Shown here: piece after piece, positions 33,391-43,322 of the stretch | Numbering within the stretch: position 1 is the stretch's first letter | How the letters are laid out: each line of letters opens with the position of its first letter | DNA from: Pseudomonadota bacterium | GTDB lineage: Bacteria > Pseudomonadota > Alphaproteobacteria > Rhodobacterales > Rhodobacteraceae | Direction of reading: 5' to 3' | DNA: 64,000 nt | Assembly (NCBI GenBank): GCA_039024895.1 | Contig: JBCCPJ010000005.1 | Location: 29,109-93,108 of the forward strand | Translations under genes and position numbers: made by a program | Notes under the pieces: model-generated | Told to the model about the DNA's origin: nothing | Databases searched by the model: none | Seen by the model: only the letters and a program-made list of their open reading frames with translations

Positions 33391-34317
33391 ATGGCACAAA
33401 AACATTCTATGAACACATTCTTGGCGGCGGCAGTCCTGGCAGGGATGTTCTTTATCATCGCTTTAACGGCGTTCCTTACGGTCGCAGATTACACATGGAT
33501 ATCGTCTCTTTTCCTGGCATCCCTGATAGCGCTGCTTGCGGGGATTGTACTCTTCCTTGGATTTGGGGCGTCGACCAATCAACCGGCGACGATGGTCGCA
33601 CGCGCAGCAGCCCCGGTTCAGGCTGATACGGCCGAAGCCCCTGTCCCTAGCGCCGCCCCACCAAGCCCAGCACCCATACCGGACCCCGAACCGGTTGAAG
33701 AACCATCTGCCCCGTCGGCGGAGGAAACCGCAGCCGCTGAAAAGGCTGCCGCATTCCAAGAAGAAGCGGCGCGTATGAAGGCCGCAGAGGAGGCGGCTGC
33801 CGAGGCTGCAGCAGCCTCCGCAAAGCGCCGCGCGGAGGAAGAAGCGCGCGTGAAGGCTGAGGACGAAGCGGCACGCAAAAGTGCCGAGGAGGAGGCTGCG
33901 GAGGCAGCGCGCGTGAAGACCGAGGAAGAAGCCACCGAGGCCGCGGCATCAGCAGCGCCGTCGACTGCCGCCAATGATCATGGCATTCCAGACTATGACG
34001 GCGACGGCAAGCTGGAGGGCACAGACGAAGGGACACGTCCGGCAGGTTTGGACGCGCCACGCGATGGTCAGGGGGATAATCTTAAGGAAATCAAAGGTAT
34101 CGGGCCCAAGCTCGAAAAGCTTTGCAACCGGCTCGGTTTCTGGCATTTTGATCAGATAGCAGCGTGGTCATCGAACGAAGTTGCCTGGGTCGATGCCAAT
34201 CTGGAAGGTTTCAAGGGTCGAGTGACACGCGACCGTTGGGTTGAACAAGCGGGGATTCTCGCCTCCGGTGGCGAAACGGAATTCTCAAAACGTGTTGAAG
34301 ACGGAGACGTTTACTAA
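33391..34317 (+). CDS. membrane-anchored Ala/Glu-rich protein carrying a paralogue of the NuoE C-terminal domain
   Basis: 308 aa: two N-terminal TM segments, a Pro-rich linker, an AE-rich helical repeat region, then a C-terminal 78 aa about 70% identical (hand alignment) to the NuoE tail. Confidence 0.7.
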   Translation: MAQKHSMNTFLAAAVLAGMFFIIALTAFLTVADYTWISSLFLASLIALLAGIVLFLGFGASTNQPATMVARAAAPVQADTAEAPVPSAAPPSPAPIPDPEPVEEPSAPSAEETAAAEKAAAFQEEAARMKAAEEAAAEAAAASAKRRAEEEARVKAEDEAARKSAEEEAAEAARVKTEEEATEAAASAAPSTAANDHGIPDYDGDGKLEGTDEGTRPAGLDAPRDGQGDNLKEIKGIGPKLEKLCNRLGFWHFDQIAAWSSNEVAWVDANLEGFKGRVTRDRWVEQAGILASGGETEFSKRVEDGDVY

Positions 34318-34458
34318 GCTAGAAAGAAATCTTATCTAGTACTGCGGCGTTAAGAGTATTTTTTACTTCTATGGGCCAAACCGCAGGGGCCTTGGAAGGA
34401 GCAGACTTTATCTACGAGCTGCTTGGGATGGCCTGTGCGTCTAAGTTGTGGAACGGCA

Positions 34459-34692
34459 ATGGACGAACGCTACGAACGCGAAAAAGAACTCGCCCGTCTG
34501 GGGCGTCTTATCTCGATTGTCATCGCCGGAACGATGATATTGTGGATGCTTGCTCAGTGGGTTGGCGCTGAACTCGGATTGCCGAGCGCATATGTTTTCC
34601 TATTCGATTTGTTTGCCTTGGCCGGTTTCCTCTGGGCGCTGATCGTGACACGACAGCTCTGGCGCAAGCGTCGAGAGTTGGATAAAGATTGA
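34459..34692 (+). CDS. small two-TM membrane protein (DUF5337-like, tentative)
   Basis: 77 aa starting MDERYEREKE; lies between nuoE and nuoF. Family name from memory only. Confidence 0.5.
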   Translation: MDERYEREKELARLGRLISIVIAGTMILWMLAQWVGAELGLPSAYVFLFDLFALAGFLWALIVTRQLWRKRRELDKD

Positions 34693-34737
34693 GGCGGCCA
34701 GCGCTCCAGGTGAGAGCGACGAAAATGGGAACAAACG

Positions 34738-36027
34738 ATGCTCGACGATAAGGATCGCATCTTTACGAATCTTTATGGCATGCACGACCGCACCCTGTCC
34801 GGCGCGCGGGGCCGGGGCCATTGGGATGGTACTTCGGATATCATAAAAAAGGGCCGCGATTGGATCGTGGACCAGATGAAGGCGAGCGGACTGCGTGGCC
34901 GCGGCGGCGCCGGGTTTCCCACAGGGTTGAAGTGGTCGTTTATGCCGAAGGAAAGCGACGGTCGGCCCTCCTATCTGGTGGTGAATGCCGACGAGTCGGA
35001 GCCCGGCACCTGCAAGGATCGCGAAATCATGCGGCACGATCCTCATACGCTGATTGAGGGTTGCTTGATCGCAAGCTTCGCCATGAACGCCCATGCCTGC
35101 TACATCTATATCCGGGGCGAGTACATTCGCGAGAAAGAGGCGCTCCAGATCGCCATCGATGAGGCCTATGACGCTGGCCTTCTCGGAAAGAACGCTGCGG
35201 GTTCCGGCTGGGACTTCGATTTGTACCTGCATCACGGGGCCGGTGCCTACATCTGTGGTGAGGAAACCGCGCTGCTCGAAAGCCTCGAAGGCAAGAAGGG
35301 CATGCCGCGTATGAAGCCGCCATTTCCCGCAGGTGCGGGGCTTTATGGCTGCCCGACGACGGTTAACAACGTGGAATCCATCGCCGTTGTCCCAACGATC
35401 CTGCGACGTGGTCCGGAATGGTTTGCCGGGTTCGGCCGACCCAACAATGCTGGCACCAAACTTTTCGCGATTTCAGGCCACGTGAATAACCCCTGTGTCG
35501 TGGAAGAGGAGATGTCGATTTCCTTTGAAGAACTGATTGACCGTCATTGTGGTGGCATCCGGGGCGGTTGGTCCAACTTGAAAGCGGTTATTCCCGGCGG
35601 TTCCTCTGTGCCGTGTCTCCCGGGCGCGATCATGAAAAATGAAGCGATCATGGATTTTGATTGGCTGCGTGAGCAGAAATCTGGTCTCGGCACGGCAGCG
35701 ATCATCGTCATGGACAACTCCACCGATATCATCAAGGCGATTTGGAGGCTGTCGAAATTTTATAAACACGAAAGCTGCGGCCAATGTACGCCTTGCCGTG
35801 AAGGCACGGGCTGGATGATGCGGGTGATGGAACGTCTGGTCAAAGGCGAGGCTGAAGTCGAAGAAATCGACATGCTGCTCGATGTGACCAAGCAGGTTGA
35901 GGGCCATACGATTTGCGCGCTTGGCGATGCGGCGGCTTGGCCAATTCAGGGCCTCATTCGCCACTTTCGCGGCGAGATCGAAGATCGGATCAAGCACAAG
36001 CGCGGCGCAACAATCGCCGCAGAGTAA
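34738..36027 (+). CDS. nuoF: NADH-quinone oxidoreductase subunit F
   Basis: [29 protein letters not shown] and [12 protein letters not shown] motifs. Confidence 0.97.
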   Translation: MLDDKDRIFTNLYGMHDRTLSGARGRGHWDGTSDIIKKGRDWIVDQMKASGLRGRGGAGFPTGLKWSFMPKESDGRPSYLVVNADESEPGTCKDREIMRHDPHTLIEGCLIASFAMNAHACYIYIRGEYIREKEALQIAIDEAYDAGLLGKNAAGSGWDFDLYLHHGAGAYICGEETALLESLEGKKGMPRMKPPFPAGAGLYGCPTTVNNVESIAVVPTILRRGPEWFAGFGRPNNAGTKLFAISGHVNNPCVVEEEMSISFEELIDRHCGGIRGGWSNLKAVIPGGSSVPCLPGAIMKNEAIMDFDWLREQKSGLGTAAIIVMDNSTDIIKAIWRLSKFYKHESCGQCTPCREGTGWMMRVMERLVKGEAEVEEIDMLLDVTKQVEGHTICALGDAAAWPIQGLIRHFRGEIEDRIKHKRGATIAAE

Positions 36028-36155
36028 CGTTTGCTTGCTCTTGACCCGAAGGGCGCACCCTTTCGTGGCGGTTGCGCACGAGCGCGGGAATACCAGCAGG
36101 TCAGTTGATCCTTCGACCGTTAAGGTGTAGCGTCGCGCTCAATTCGGGAGGGGCC

Positions 36156-36506
36156 ATGCCTTTGAAAAACTGCATCATTCTTGGGTCCATCCTGCTTTTG
36201 GCGAGCGGCTGCGCCGGAGTGAGGGAAAGAGTGTTTGGCGGCGGTGGTCAATCTGATCGCGCCTTGCCTTTTCGTACAAACCTCACGAAAGGCGAAGATC
36301 GCCGCGATATTGCCGTGCGCGTGCGTGCGGGTGGTGTCGCGGTTTCGGACGTCCGTGAAAGTGTGCGTTTCGCCGCAACGCGCTATTGCCTCACCACTTT
36401 TGGTGGCGCGGACACGCTTTGGGCCCTTGATCCGGCGACGGGCGACTGGGCGTTTTCGCGGGACGGTCAGGACATGATCTTTGAAGGCCGTTGCGTGGCC
36501 CGGTGA
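36156..36506 (+). CDS. lipoprotein of unknown function embedded in the nuo operon
   Basis: MPLKNCIILGSILLLASGC lipobox; GGGAGGGG Shine-Dalgarno upstream of this ATG. Confidence 0.6.
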   Translation: MPLKNCIILGSILLLASGCAGVRERVFGGGGQSDRALPFRTNLTKGEDRRDIAVRVRAGGVAVSDVRESVRFAATRYCLTTFGGADTLWALDPATGDWAFSRDGQDMIFEGRCVAR

Positions 36507-36730
36507 GACAGGTCTTCGACGGTATTCTCAGTGCTTTTGCAGCCCTTGTCGCATTGATCGTCATCGGTGTCCCGGTCTGGGGTGCCTTTTTGGCTTTGCG
36601 TGCCGAACTTTTGCCGGTTTGGGGATGGGGCCCGTTGGTTTTGCTTAGTGCCGCAGGTCTCGTGATGGTGCTTTCGTTCCTGCGAAAAGCCGGGCGGGGG
36701 GTTCACCCCTTGCGAGAACGTCGCCGGTAG
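36503..36730 (+). CDS. small two-TM membrane protein embedded in the nuo operon
   Basis: About 75 aa; candidate GTG start overlaps the upstream stop (GTGA). The ORF track lists a TTG at 36491. Confidence 0.45.
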   Translation: MRQVFDGILSAFAALVALIVIGVPVWGAFLALRAELLPVWGWGPLVLLSAAGLVMVLSFLRKAGRGVHPLRERRR

Positions 36731-36950
36731 GGCTGCTATTGAATAGCGGTAACAGTTCTCACAAACTGTGAATTTCATATTTTGAAATGAATTCAACGGC
36801 CTGGCTGATTTTTTGGCGATTATCTGCGTAGGTTGCGCCGAAGTCGGTTTTTTGACCTGATGGTCGCCGCAAACCGCGCCTATATGCCTATATATCGTCA
36901 GGCAGGACGGGGAGCGGGTCCCAAGCTGCGCAAAGGAAAGAGCCAAAAAG

Positions 36951-37349
36951 ATGTGGAAGACATTTTCAGCTTTGGTTTTCATCGGGCTTTCGTCCCCCGC
37001 CGCGGCACTCCAGCCGTTGCATGAGGACATGCGGGTGTTGAACGGATTCTATGTAATTGGCTTCGCCGATGAGATTAGGAAGCGTTGCAACAGCATCGAG
37101 CCACGCATTTTTCGGGCAATAGGCTACCTGCGTTCGCTTGAGCGCTATGCGCGCAATGCCGGGTATACCTCTGAAGACATTGATAAACTTCAGGATAATA
37201 AGGCCGAGAAAGAGAAATTGAAGGCGCGGATCAACCGCGATTTGGCAAGACGTGGTGCGACACCGCAAACACCCGAAGGCTATTGCACTGTCGGGCGGGA
37301 AGAAATAGCCAAGGATAGCGCTGCGGGACGCCTTCTGAAGTCGAAGTAA
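36951..37349 (+). CDS. secreted protein of unknown function (DUF5333-like, tentative)
   Basis: 132 aa; signal peptide MWKTFSALVFIGLSSPAAA. Sits between nuoF and nuoG after a lower-GC gap. Confidence 0.55.
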   Translation: MWKTFSALVFIGLSSPAAALQPLHEDMRVLNGFYVIGFADEIRKRCNSIEPRIFRAIGYLRSLERYARNAGYTSEDIDKLQDNKAEKEKLKARINRDLARRGATPQTPEGYCTVGREEIAKDSAAGRLLKSK

Positions 37350-37396
37350 TCCCTTGGGTTCTCGCGGCTTGAGAGAGACCATGAGGACCGTTGCCC

Positions 37397-39412
37397 ATGT
37401 CCGACCTGCGCAAGCTCATTATCGACGACGTCGAAGTTGAGGTTGATCCGGCACTGACGCTGATCCAAGCCTGTGAACAGGTCGGGATTGAAATCCCCCG
37501 GTTTTGTTACCACGAACGGCTTTCCATCGCTGGGAACTGCCGCATGTGCTTGGTGGAAGTGGTGGGCGGTCCGCCTAAGCCCGCCGCGTCCTGTGCGATG
37601 CAGGTGCGCGATTTGCGCCCCGGTCCCGAAGGCCAGCCGCCCGTCGTAAAGACCAATTCCCCGATGGTGAAAAAGGCGCGCGAAGGCGTGATGGAGTTTC
37701 TCCTCATTAACCATCCGCTCGATTGTCCGATATGCGACCAGGGCGGCGAATGCGATCTGCAAGACCAGGCCATGGCCTATGGTGTGGATTTCAGCCGTTT
37801 TCGTGAACCCAAACGCGCTGTCGACAACATGGATTTGGGCCCGCTCGTTGGAACGGCCATGACCCGGTGCATCTCATGCACCCGCTGTGTGCGCTTCATC
37901 ACGGAAGTCGCGGGGATGCCGGAGCTTGGGCAAACGGGCCGTGGTGAGGATGCCGAAATCACGTCCTATCTCGGCCAGACGCTGGGCAGCGAAATGCAGG
38001 GCAACATTGTCGATCTTTGCCCGGTTGGCGCGCTTACGTCCAAACCTTACGCCTTTACGGCACGCCCTTGGGAACTCACCAAAACCGAAAGTATCGATGT
38101 GATGGATGCGCTTGGCTCCAACATTCGGATCGATACCAAAGGCCGCGAAGTTATGCGGATCATGCCGCGTAACCACGACGGAGTGAACGAAGAGTGGCTC
38201 AGCGACAAGTCACGCTTCGCCTGGGACGGTTTGCGGCGCCAGCGCCTGGACAAGCCGTATATCCGCGAGAACGGCAAGTTGCGTGCGGCAAGTTGGGGCG
38301 AGGCGCTCGGTAAGGCCGCCGCTGCGATGAAAAGCGGCAAGATCGCCGGTCTGGTTGGCGATTTGGCACCGGTCGAAGCGATCTACGCGTTGAAAGAGCT
38401 TGTCGGCGAGAACGGTGCGGTCGAATGCCGCCTCGACGGCACAAAGCTACCAGCGAACAACCGGTCGGCCTATGTGGGCACGGCTTGTGTGGAAGACATC
38501 GAAAACGCCGAAGCCATTATGCTGATCGGCACCAATCCACGCCAGGAAGCGCCAGTACTCAACGCGCGCATTCGCAAGGCTTGGACCCGTGGTGCGAATA
38601 TCGGACTGGTTGGTCCGGCCTCTGACCTAACCTACGACTACGCCCATCTCGGCACGGGCCGTGATGACCTTCGCAAGCTCTTCGAAATGGAGCCCAAAAA
38701 TGCCCATGGGAAGGAAACGCTGGTGATCATCGGGCAGGGCGCGCTTACGGGTTCCGGCGGGGAAGGCGCATTGGCCGATGCTATGCGCTACGCAGATGCG
38801 ACGCAGTCGAAGTTTCTCGTGTTGCACACCGCAGCAAGCCGGGTTGGCGCGCTTGATGTGGGCGCCGTGAGCGACGGCGGCGTCGAGGGCGCTTTGGACG
38901 GTGCGAGCGTCGTTTACAACCTCGGTGCGGATGAGGTCGATATTCCAGAAGGTCCGACAGTGATTTACCAGGGCAGCCATGGCGACCGCGGGGCGCATCG
39001 CGCTGATATCATTCTCCCTGCTGCGGCCTGGACCGAGGAGAACGGGCTATTCGTCAATACCGAGGGTCGCCCGCAACTCGCCATGCGCGCGAGTTTCCCG
39101 CCCGGTGAGGCGAAGGAGAATTGGGCCATCCTGCGCGCGCTCTCGGGTGAGATGGCTGCAACGCTGCCTTACGATAGCCTGGCCGCGTTGAGACAAAAAA
39201 TAGTGCAAGACGTGCCGCACCTTAAGGCAATCGATACGGTTCCGGCGAATGAGTGGCAGGGAATCGAAGCCAGTGATGACGGCTCCGATACCTTTACGGC
39301 GACTGTGGAAGCCCACTATCTGACGAACCCCATATTGCGGGCTTCAAGTCTCATGGCGGAACTGCAATCGGCGGCGCGAAATCAGCAAGCGGGTAAGCTC
39401 GCGGCAGAGTAA
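37397..39412 (+). CDS. nuoG: NADH-quinone oxidoreductase subunit G
   Basis: [32 protein letters not shown] and [10 protein letters not shown] cluster motifs. Start at the ATG at 37397. Confidence 0.97.
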   Translation: MSDLRKLIIDDVEVEVDPALTLIQACEQVGIEIPRFCYHERLSIAGNCRMCLVEVVGGPPKPAASCAMQVRDLRPGPEGQPPVVKTNSPMVKKAREGVMEFLLINHPLDCPICDQGGECDLQDQAMAYGVDFSRFREPKRAVDNMDLGPLVGTAMTRCISCTRCVRFITEVAGMPELGQTGRGEDAEITSYLGQTLGSEMQGNIVDLCPVGALTSKPYAFTARPWELTKTESIDVMDALGSNIRIDTKGREVMRIMPRNHDGVNEEWLSDKSRFAWDGLRRQRLDKPYIRENGKLRAASWGEALGKAAAAMKSGKIAGLVGDLAPVEAIYALKELVGENGAVECRLDGTKLPANNRSAYVGTACVEDIENAEAIMLIGTNPRQEAPVLNARIRKAWTRGANIGLVGPASDLTYDYAHLGTGRDDLRKLFEMEPKNAHGKETLVIIGQGALTGSGGEGALADAMRYADATQSKFLVLHTAASRVGALDVGAVSDGGVEGALDGASVVYNLGADEVDIPEGPTVIYQGSHGDRGAHRADIILPAAAWTEENGLFVNTEGRPQLAMRASFPPGEAKENWAILRALSGEMAATLPYDSLAALRQKIVQDVPHLKAIDTVPANEWQGIEASDDGSDTFTATVEAHYLTNPILRASSLMAELQSAARNQQAGKLAAE

Positions 39413-39516
39413 ACATAGGGTAACGAAGCGGCATTGTGACTGGCAATAAGCTACGAAATACGGTTTACGGAGTGCGGGCAGAAACCCTCACTCTACTTAT
39501 GGGAACAAGAGGTTAG

Positions 39517-40566
39517 ATGGCTGACTTTCTGACGACTCCGCTTGGCATCGTGGTGCTTGTTGCCGCGCAGACCCTTCTGGTGGTTGCGTTCGTGATGGTC
39601 TCGCTTCTTTTCCTCGTCTATGGCGACCGGAAAATCTGGGCAGCTGTCCAGATGCGCCGCGGCCCTAATGTGGTTGGTCCATGGGGCCTGCTGCAAACTG
39701 TGGCCGACGCGCTGAAATACATCGTCAAAGAGAACGTCATTCCTGCTGGCGCGGACCGTGCGGTGTTCATTATGGCGCCCCTGATTTCTTTCGTGCTGGC
39801 GCTATTGGCGTGGTCGGTCATCCCGTTCTACGCCGGGCAAGATACCATCTGGGTCCTCGCCAATATCAATGTGGCCATCCTTTTCGTCTTTGCCGTCTCT
39901 TCCCTTGAGGTTTACGGCGTGATTATGGGCGGCTGGGCCTCGAATTCGAAATACCCGTTCCTCGGCTCGCTCCGGTCCGCCGCGCAAATGATCTCCTACG
40001 AGGTCTCCATTGGCCTCATCATTATCGGCGTGATTATCTCGACAGGCTCGCTGAATTTCGGGCAGATCGTCGCCGCGCAAGATGGTGGCTATGGCCTCTT
40101 CAGCTGGTATTGGCTGCCGCATTTGCCGATGGTATTTTTGTTCTTCATTAGCACGTTGGCGGAGACGAACCGCCCGCCCTTCGACTTGCCGGAAGCGGAA
40201 TCAGAACTCGTGGCAGGCTATCAGGTCGAATACTCGTCAACGCCCTTCCTTTTGTTCATGGCCGGCGAATACATCGCGATCTTCCTGATGTGCGCGCTCA
40301 TTAGCCTGCTGTTCTTTGGTGGATGGCTGTCCCCGATACCGTTCATCCCGGACAGCCCGCTTTGGATGTTGGCGAAGATGGCATTCTTCTTCTTCCTCTT
40401 CGCGATGGTGAAGGCCGTTGTGCCGCGCTACCGCTATGACCAGTTAATGCGCCTCGGTTGGAAAGTGTTCCTGCCGCTCTCGCTGATCTGGGTGGTTTGG
40501 GTGGCCTTCGCGGCCAAGTTTGAATTCTTCGGTGGCGCCTATGCGCGCTGGGCGATGGGAGGGTAA
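39517..40566 (+). CDS. nuoH: NADH-quinone oxidoreductase subunit H
   Basis: 349-aa polytopic protein; [14 protein letters not shown] and [21 protein letters not shown] motifs. Confidence 0.97.
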   Translation: MADFLTTPLGIVVLVAAQTLLVVAFVMVSLLFLVYGDRKIWAAVQMRRGPNVVGPWGLLQTVADALKYIVKENVIPAGADRAVFIMAPLISFVLALLAWSVIPFYAGQDTIWVLANINVAILFVFAVSSLEVYGVIMGGWASNSKYPFLGSLRSAAQMISYEVSIGLIIIGVIISTGSLNFGQIVAAQDGGYGLFSWYWLPHLPMVFLFFISTLAETNRPPFDLPEAESELVAGYQVEYSSTPFLLFMAGEYIAIFLMCALISLLFFGGWLSPIPFIPDSPLWMLAKMAFFFFLFAMVKAVVPRYRYDQLMRLGWKVFLPLSLIWVVWVAFAAKFEFFGGAYARWAMGG

Positions 40567-40570
40567 TCGT

Positions 40571-41065
40571 ATGACCCAAATCGACTGGAACCGGGCAGGC
40601 AAGTACTTCCTGCTGATGGATATGTTCAAAGGGCTGGGCCTTGGTTTGCGGTATTTCTTCTCGCCCAAGGCGACCGTGAATTACCCGCACGAAAAGGGTC
40701 CACTCTCTCCCCGTTTTCGGGGGGAGCACGCGCTCCGACGCTATCCAAATGGTGAAGAGCGCTGCATTGCCTGCAAGCTTTGCGAAGCCGTGTGCCCCGC
40801 ACAGGCGATCACCATCGATGCCGAGCCGCGCGAAGACGGCTCGCGGCGCACAACGCGATACGACATCGACATGACAAAGTGCATCTATTGCGGTTTCTGT
40901 CAGGAGGCGTGCCCGGTTGATGCCATCGTCGAAGGCCCGAATTTCGAGTTTTCGACCGAAACGCGCGAAGAGCTATTTTATGACAAGGACAAGCTCTTGG
41001 CGAATGGTGAGCGGTGGGAAGCAGAAATCGCCCGCAACCTTGAAATGGATGCGCCGTACCGATGA
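40571..41065 (+). CDS. nuoI: NADH-quinone oxidoreductase subunit I
   Basis: Two 4Fe-4S motifs, [12 protein letters not shown] and [12 protein letters not shown]. Start trimmed to MTQIDW. Confidence 0.95.
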   Translation: MTQIDWNRAGKYFLLMDMFKGLGLGLRYFFSPKATVNYPHEKGPLSPRFRGEHALRRYPNGEERCIACKLCEAVCPAQAITIDAEPREDGSRRTTRYDIDMTKCIYCGFCQEACPVDAIVEGPNFEFSTETREELFYDKDKLLANGERWEAEIARNLEMDAPYR

Positions 41066-41232
41066 ACTTGAAAGTCACCCCCTTCAAACGCGATCCGATG
41101 ATTGAGCGTCTTCCGAAAGACAATAATAGCCTTCGGGATGCGCTGGAAGATGCGTTGAAACGGATCGACCAGCTGGAGGAGGAAGTTGCGCGGTTGAGAG
41201 GTGAGCTACCTCCCGAGGCCAACAAAGCATGA
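41062..41232 (+). CDS. 56-aa predicted coiled-coil protein (not in the supplied ORF track)
   Basis: Translated by hand: [60 protein letters not shown] overlaps with the nuoI stop and with the next gene's start. Confidence 0.45.
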   Translation: MNLKVTPFKRDPMIERLPKDNNSLRDALEDALKRIDQLEEEVARLRGELPPEANKA

Positions 41233-41657
41233 CCGATCCGAACAACCCTTTTGCCGCGATGATGGCGATGGGTCAGGATTGGGCCAGGGCGATCAATCCG
41301 GCGTTGCAAACTTTCACGCCCCAAGGTTTTGAGGCCATGTGGCCAACGATGCCGCGCGATCTCATGGAAACCATGATCGGCAAAACCTTCAATCCCGAGG
41401 GTCTCGACGCCAAAACCCGGCTTTTGCTGACGCTGGGCGCGCTGACGATCCTCGGCGCCCAGGCTGAAGCGCAAATCCGGCTCACGGTGCGCCACGCGCT
41501 GGAAGCCGGTGCAACGCAACAGGAAATTGCCGAAGCCATCGCGATGATGGGTGTGTTCGGCGGTGTGCCAGCCATGTCCAAGGCAATGGAACTCGCCAGT
41601 GAAGTGATGGAGGCGCGGGCAATGCCCTACGACGCCCCCGAGGAGGATAGCGAATGA
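41229..41657 (+). CDS. carboxymuconolactone decarboxylase (CMD/AhpD-like) family protein, Cys-free
   Basis: 142 aa; CMD-like helical core ([19 protein letters not shown]...[18 protein letters not shown]). No cysteine anywhere. ATGA overlaps on both sides. Confidence 0.75.
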   Translation: MTDPNNPFAAMMAMGQDWARAINPALQTFTPQGFEAMWPTMPRDLMETMIGKTFNPEGLDAKTRLLLTLGALTILGAQAEAQIRLTVRHALEAGATQQEIAEAIAMMGVFGGVPAMSKAMELASEVMEARAMPYDAPEEDSE

Positions 41658-42268
41658 CGCCAATAGTCGTAGCCTTTTACCTCTTTGCCATTTCCTGCAT
41701 TGCGGGCGGGCTGTTTACCGTGATCAGCCGCAACCCGGTGCATTCGGTTCTATGGCTGATACTCGCGTTTCTTTCGGCCGCGGGACTGTTCGTGCTGTTG
41801 GGCGCGGAGTTCGTGGCGATGCTTCTGGTGATTGTCTATGTGGGCGCGGTCGCCGTTTTGTTCCTGTTTGTGGTGATGATGCTCGACGTGGATTTTGCAG
41901 AGCTTAAGGCGGAAATGGCGCGCTATATGCCGCTTGCCCTGCTCATCGGCGTCGTGATCCTGATGCAACTGGCCCTCGCGTTCGGTGTCTGGACAACAGC
42001 GGAAGGCGTTGAAGTCGCAGCGGTGCCCGATGCGGTGGCCGGTGGGGGCGACCACAACACCGACGCCATTGGCCGGGTGCTCTATGATGAATATTTCCTG
42101 CTGTTCCAACTCTCAGGCCTGATCCTCTTGGTCGCCATGGTCGGCGCGATTGTCCTGACGCTGCGCCACCGCTCTGACGTTAAACGTCAGAATGTGCTGG
42201 CTCAGATGTACCGCGACCCTGCCACGGCGATGGAACTGAAAGACGTCAAACCGGGGCAAGGTCTGTGA
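41654..42268 (+). CDS. nuoJ: NADH-quinone oxidoreductase subunit J
   Basis: 204-aa membrane protein; [11 protein letters not shown] and [17 protein letters not shown] motifs. Confidence 0.95.
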   Translation: MTPIVVAFYLFAISCIAGGLFTVISRNPVHSVLWLILAFLSAAGLFVLLGAEFVAMLLVIVYVGAVAVLFLFVVMMLDVDFAELKAEMARYMPLALLIGVVILMQLALAFGVWTTAEGVEVAAVPDAVAGGGDHNTDAIGRVLYDEYFLLFQLSGLILLVAMVGAIVLTLRHRSDVKRQNVLAQMYRDPATAMELKDVKPGQGL

Positions 42269-42431
42269 AACGGCTCGTGATTATAGGCGTCGGTCTTGCC
42301 CTTGCCGGTGCTGTTGGTGCCCGTGCCATACCCGAGCATGCGCTTGGGCCAGGTGCCGGGTCTTTTGCCGCACCAGCCTCTGTGACAGTCTGCGAGCTTG
42401 GGAGTGCGTCCTGTTGATCCGGTCCGCAATC

Positions 42432-42875
42432 ATGGCCCTCTTGCTGGCCTCGCCCGCCGCCGCGCTCACCTTGGCTGAGTGCGAGCGCGTCACGCATATC
42501 TCCCATGGCGGGGTTGCGGCGCATCGCGATCTGGGGGCAGGCCGTGTCGGATGGGTGGATTGGTGGAGCCAGGAAGGCGTTTTCACCGACATCACCATCG
42601 CCGATTGCAAGTCGGGGGAGTTTCTGCGCACGCGCGTCCGGGAGGAGCGGATGTCGGATCGGGCACCCTTCGACCGGACAGATATGGTGCAGCATATCAT
42701 CGAAACTGAGTTGCAGGCAGCGCCCGCTCTCTTCAGTTTCACACGTCTGCGAGATGCGATCCATCCCAAGGGCAAGGACATAGAATTGGCCGTGCGGTCT
42801 ACAGAGGCTTGTGCCTGTGCGGCGGCTTACCCGGACCTTCGGGGTGAGAAGACACCCTATGAGGTGACGCAATGA
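42432..42875 (+). CDS. secreted protein of unknown function between nuoJ and nuoK
   Basis: Signal-like MALLLASPAAA; high third-position G/C by eye. An alternative TTG start at 42414 is given in the ORF track. Confidence 0.6.
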   Translation: MALLLASPAAALTLAECERVTHISHGGVAAHRDLGAGRVGWVDWWSQEGVFTDITIADCKSGEFLRTRVREERMSDRAPFDRTDMVQHIIETELQAAPALFSFTRLRDAIHPKGKDIELAVRSTEACACAAAYPDLRGEKTPYEVTQ

Positions 42876-42975
42876 CCCGACTTTCTGACACCTGCCGCGA
42901 CCCGGGTACGACCCGGGGCCTCTGGGCAACCGTGGGGGCAAAACCCATGCAAAGGGTAGCGAAGGAACAGGCGAC

Positions 42976-43281
42976 ATGATCGGACTGGAACATTATCTTA
43001 CTGTCGCTGCCACACTGTTCGTGATTGGTATCTTCGGGATTTTTCTAAACCGGAAGAACGTGATCATCCTGTTGATGAGCATAGAGCTGATGTTGCTCGC
43101 AGTGAACATAAACCTGGTGGCATTCTCGGCCTACCTGCAAGACCTCACAGGCCAGATTTTCACGCTCTTTGTCCTGACGGTTGCAGCGGCAGAGGCCGCA
43201 ATCGGCCTGGCCATCCTCGTCTGTTTCTTCCGCAATCGCGGCACCATCGATGTCGAAGACATCAATGTGATGAAGGGGTAG
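42976..43281 (+). CDS. nuoK: NADH-quinone oxidoreductase subunit K
   Basis: 101 aa, three TM segments; [11 protein letters not shown] motif. Confidence 0.97.
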   Translation: MIGLEHYLTVAATLFVIGIFGIFLNRKNVIILLMSIELMLLAVNINLVAFSAYLQDLTGQIFTLFVLTVAAAEAAIGLAILVCFFRNRGTIDVEDINVMKG

Positions 43282-43322
43282 GGCTTGGGTATTCTTGAAG
43301 AGATGAAGAAGGCGCGCATCTG

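Noticed and set aside
33618-34060. Minus-strand ORFs (118 and 137 aa) antisense to the Ala/Glu-rich region.
   Set aside because: They are mirror frames of a GCN/GAR-rich repeat and give poly-Ala/Ser strings. The sense frame has TM segments and a conserved C-terminal domain.
42246-42977. 243-aa minus-strand ORF spanning the nuoJ-nuoK junction.
   Set aside because: It lies opposite a plus-strand ORF with a signal peptide and high third-position G/C, and it would be antisense within a tightly packed plus-strand operon.
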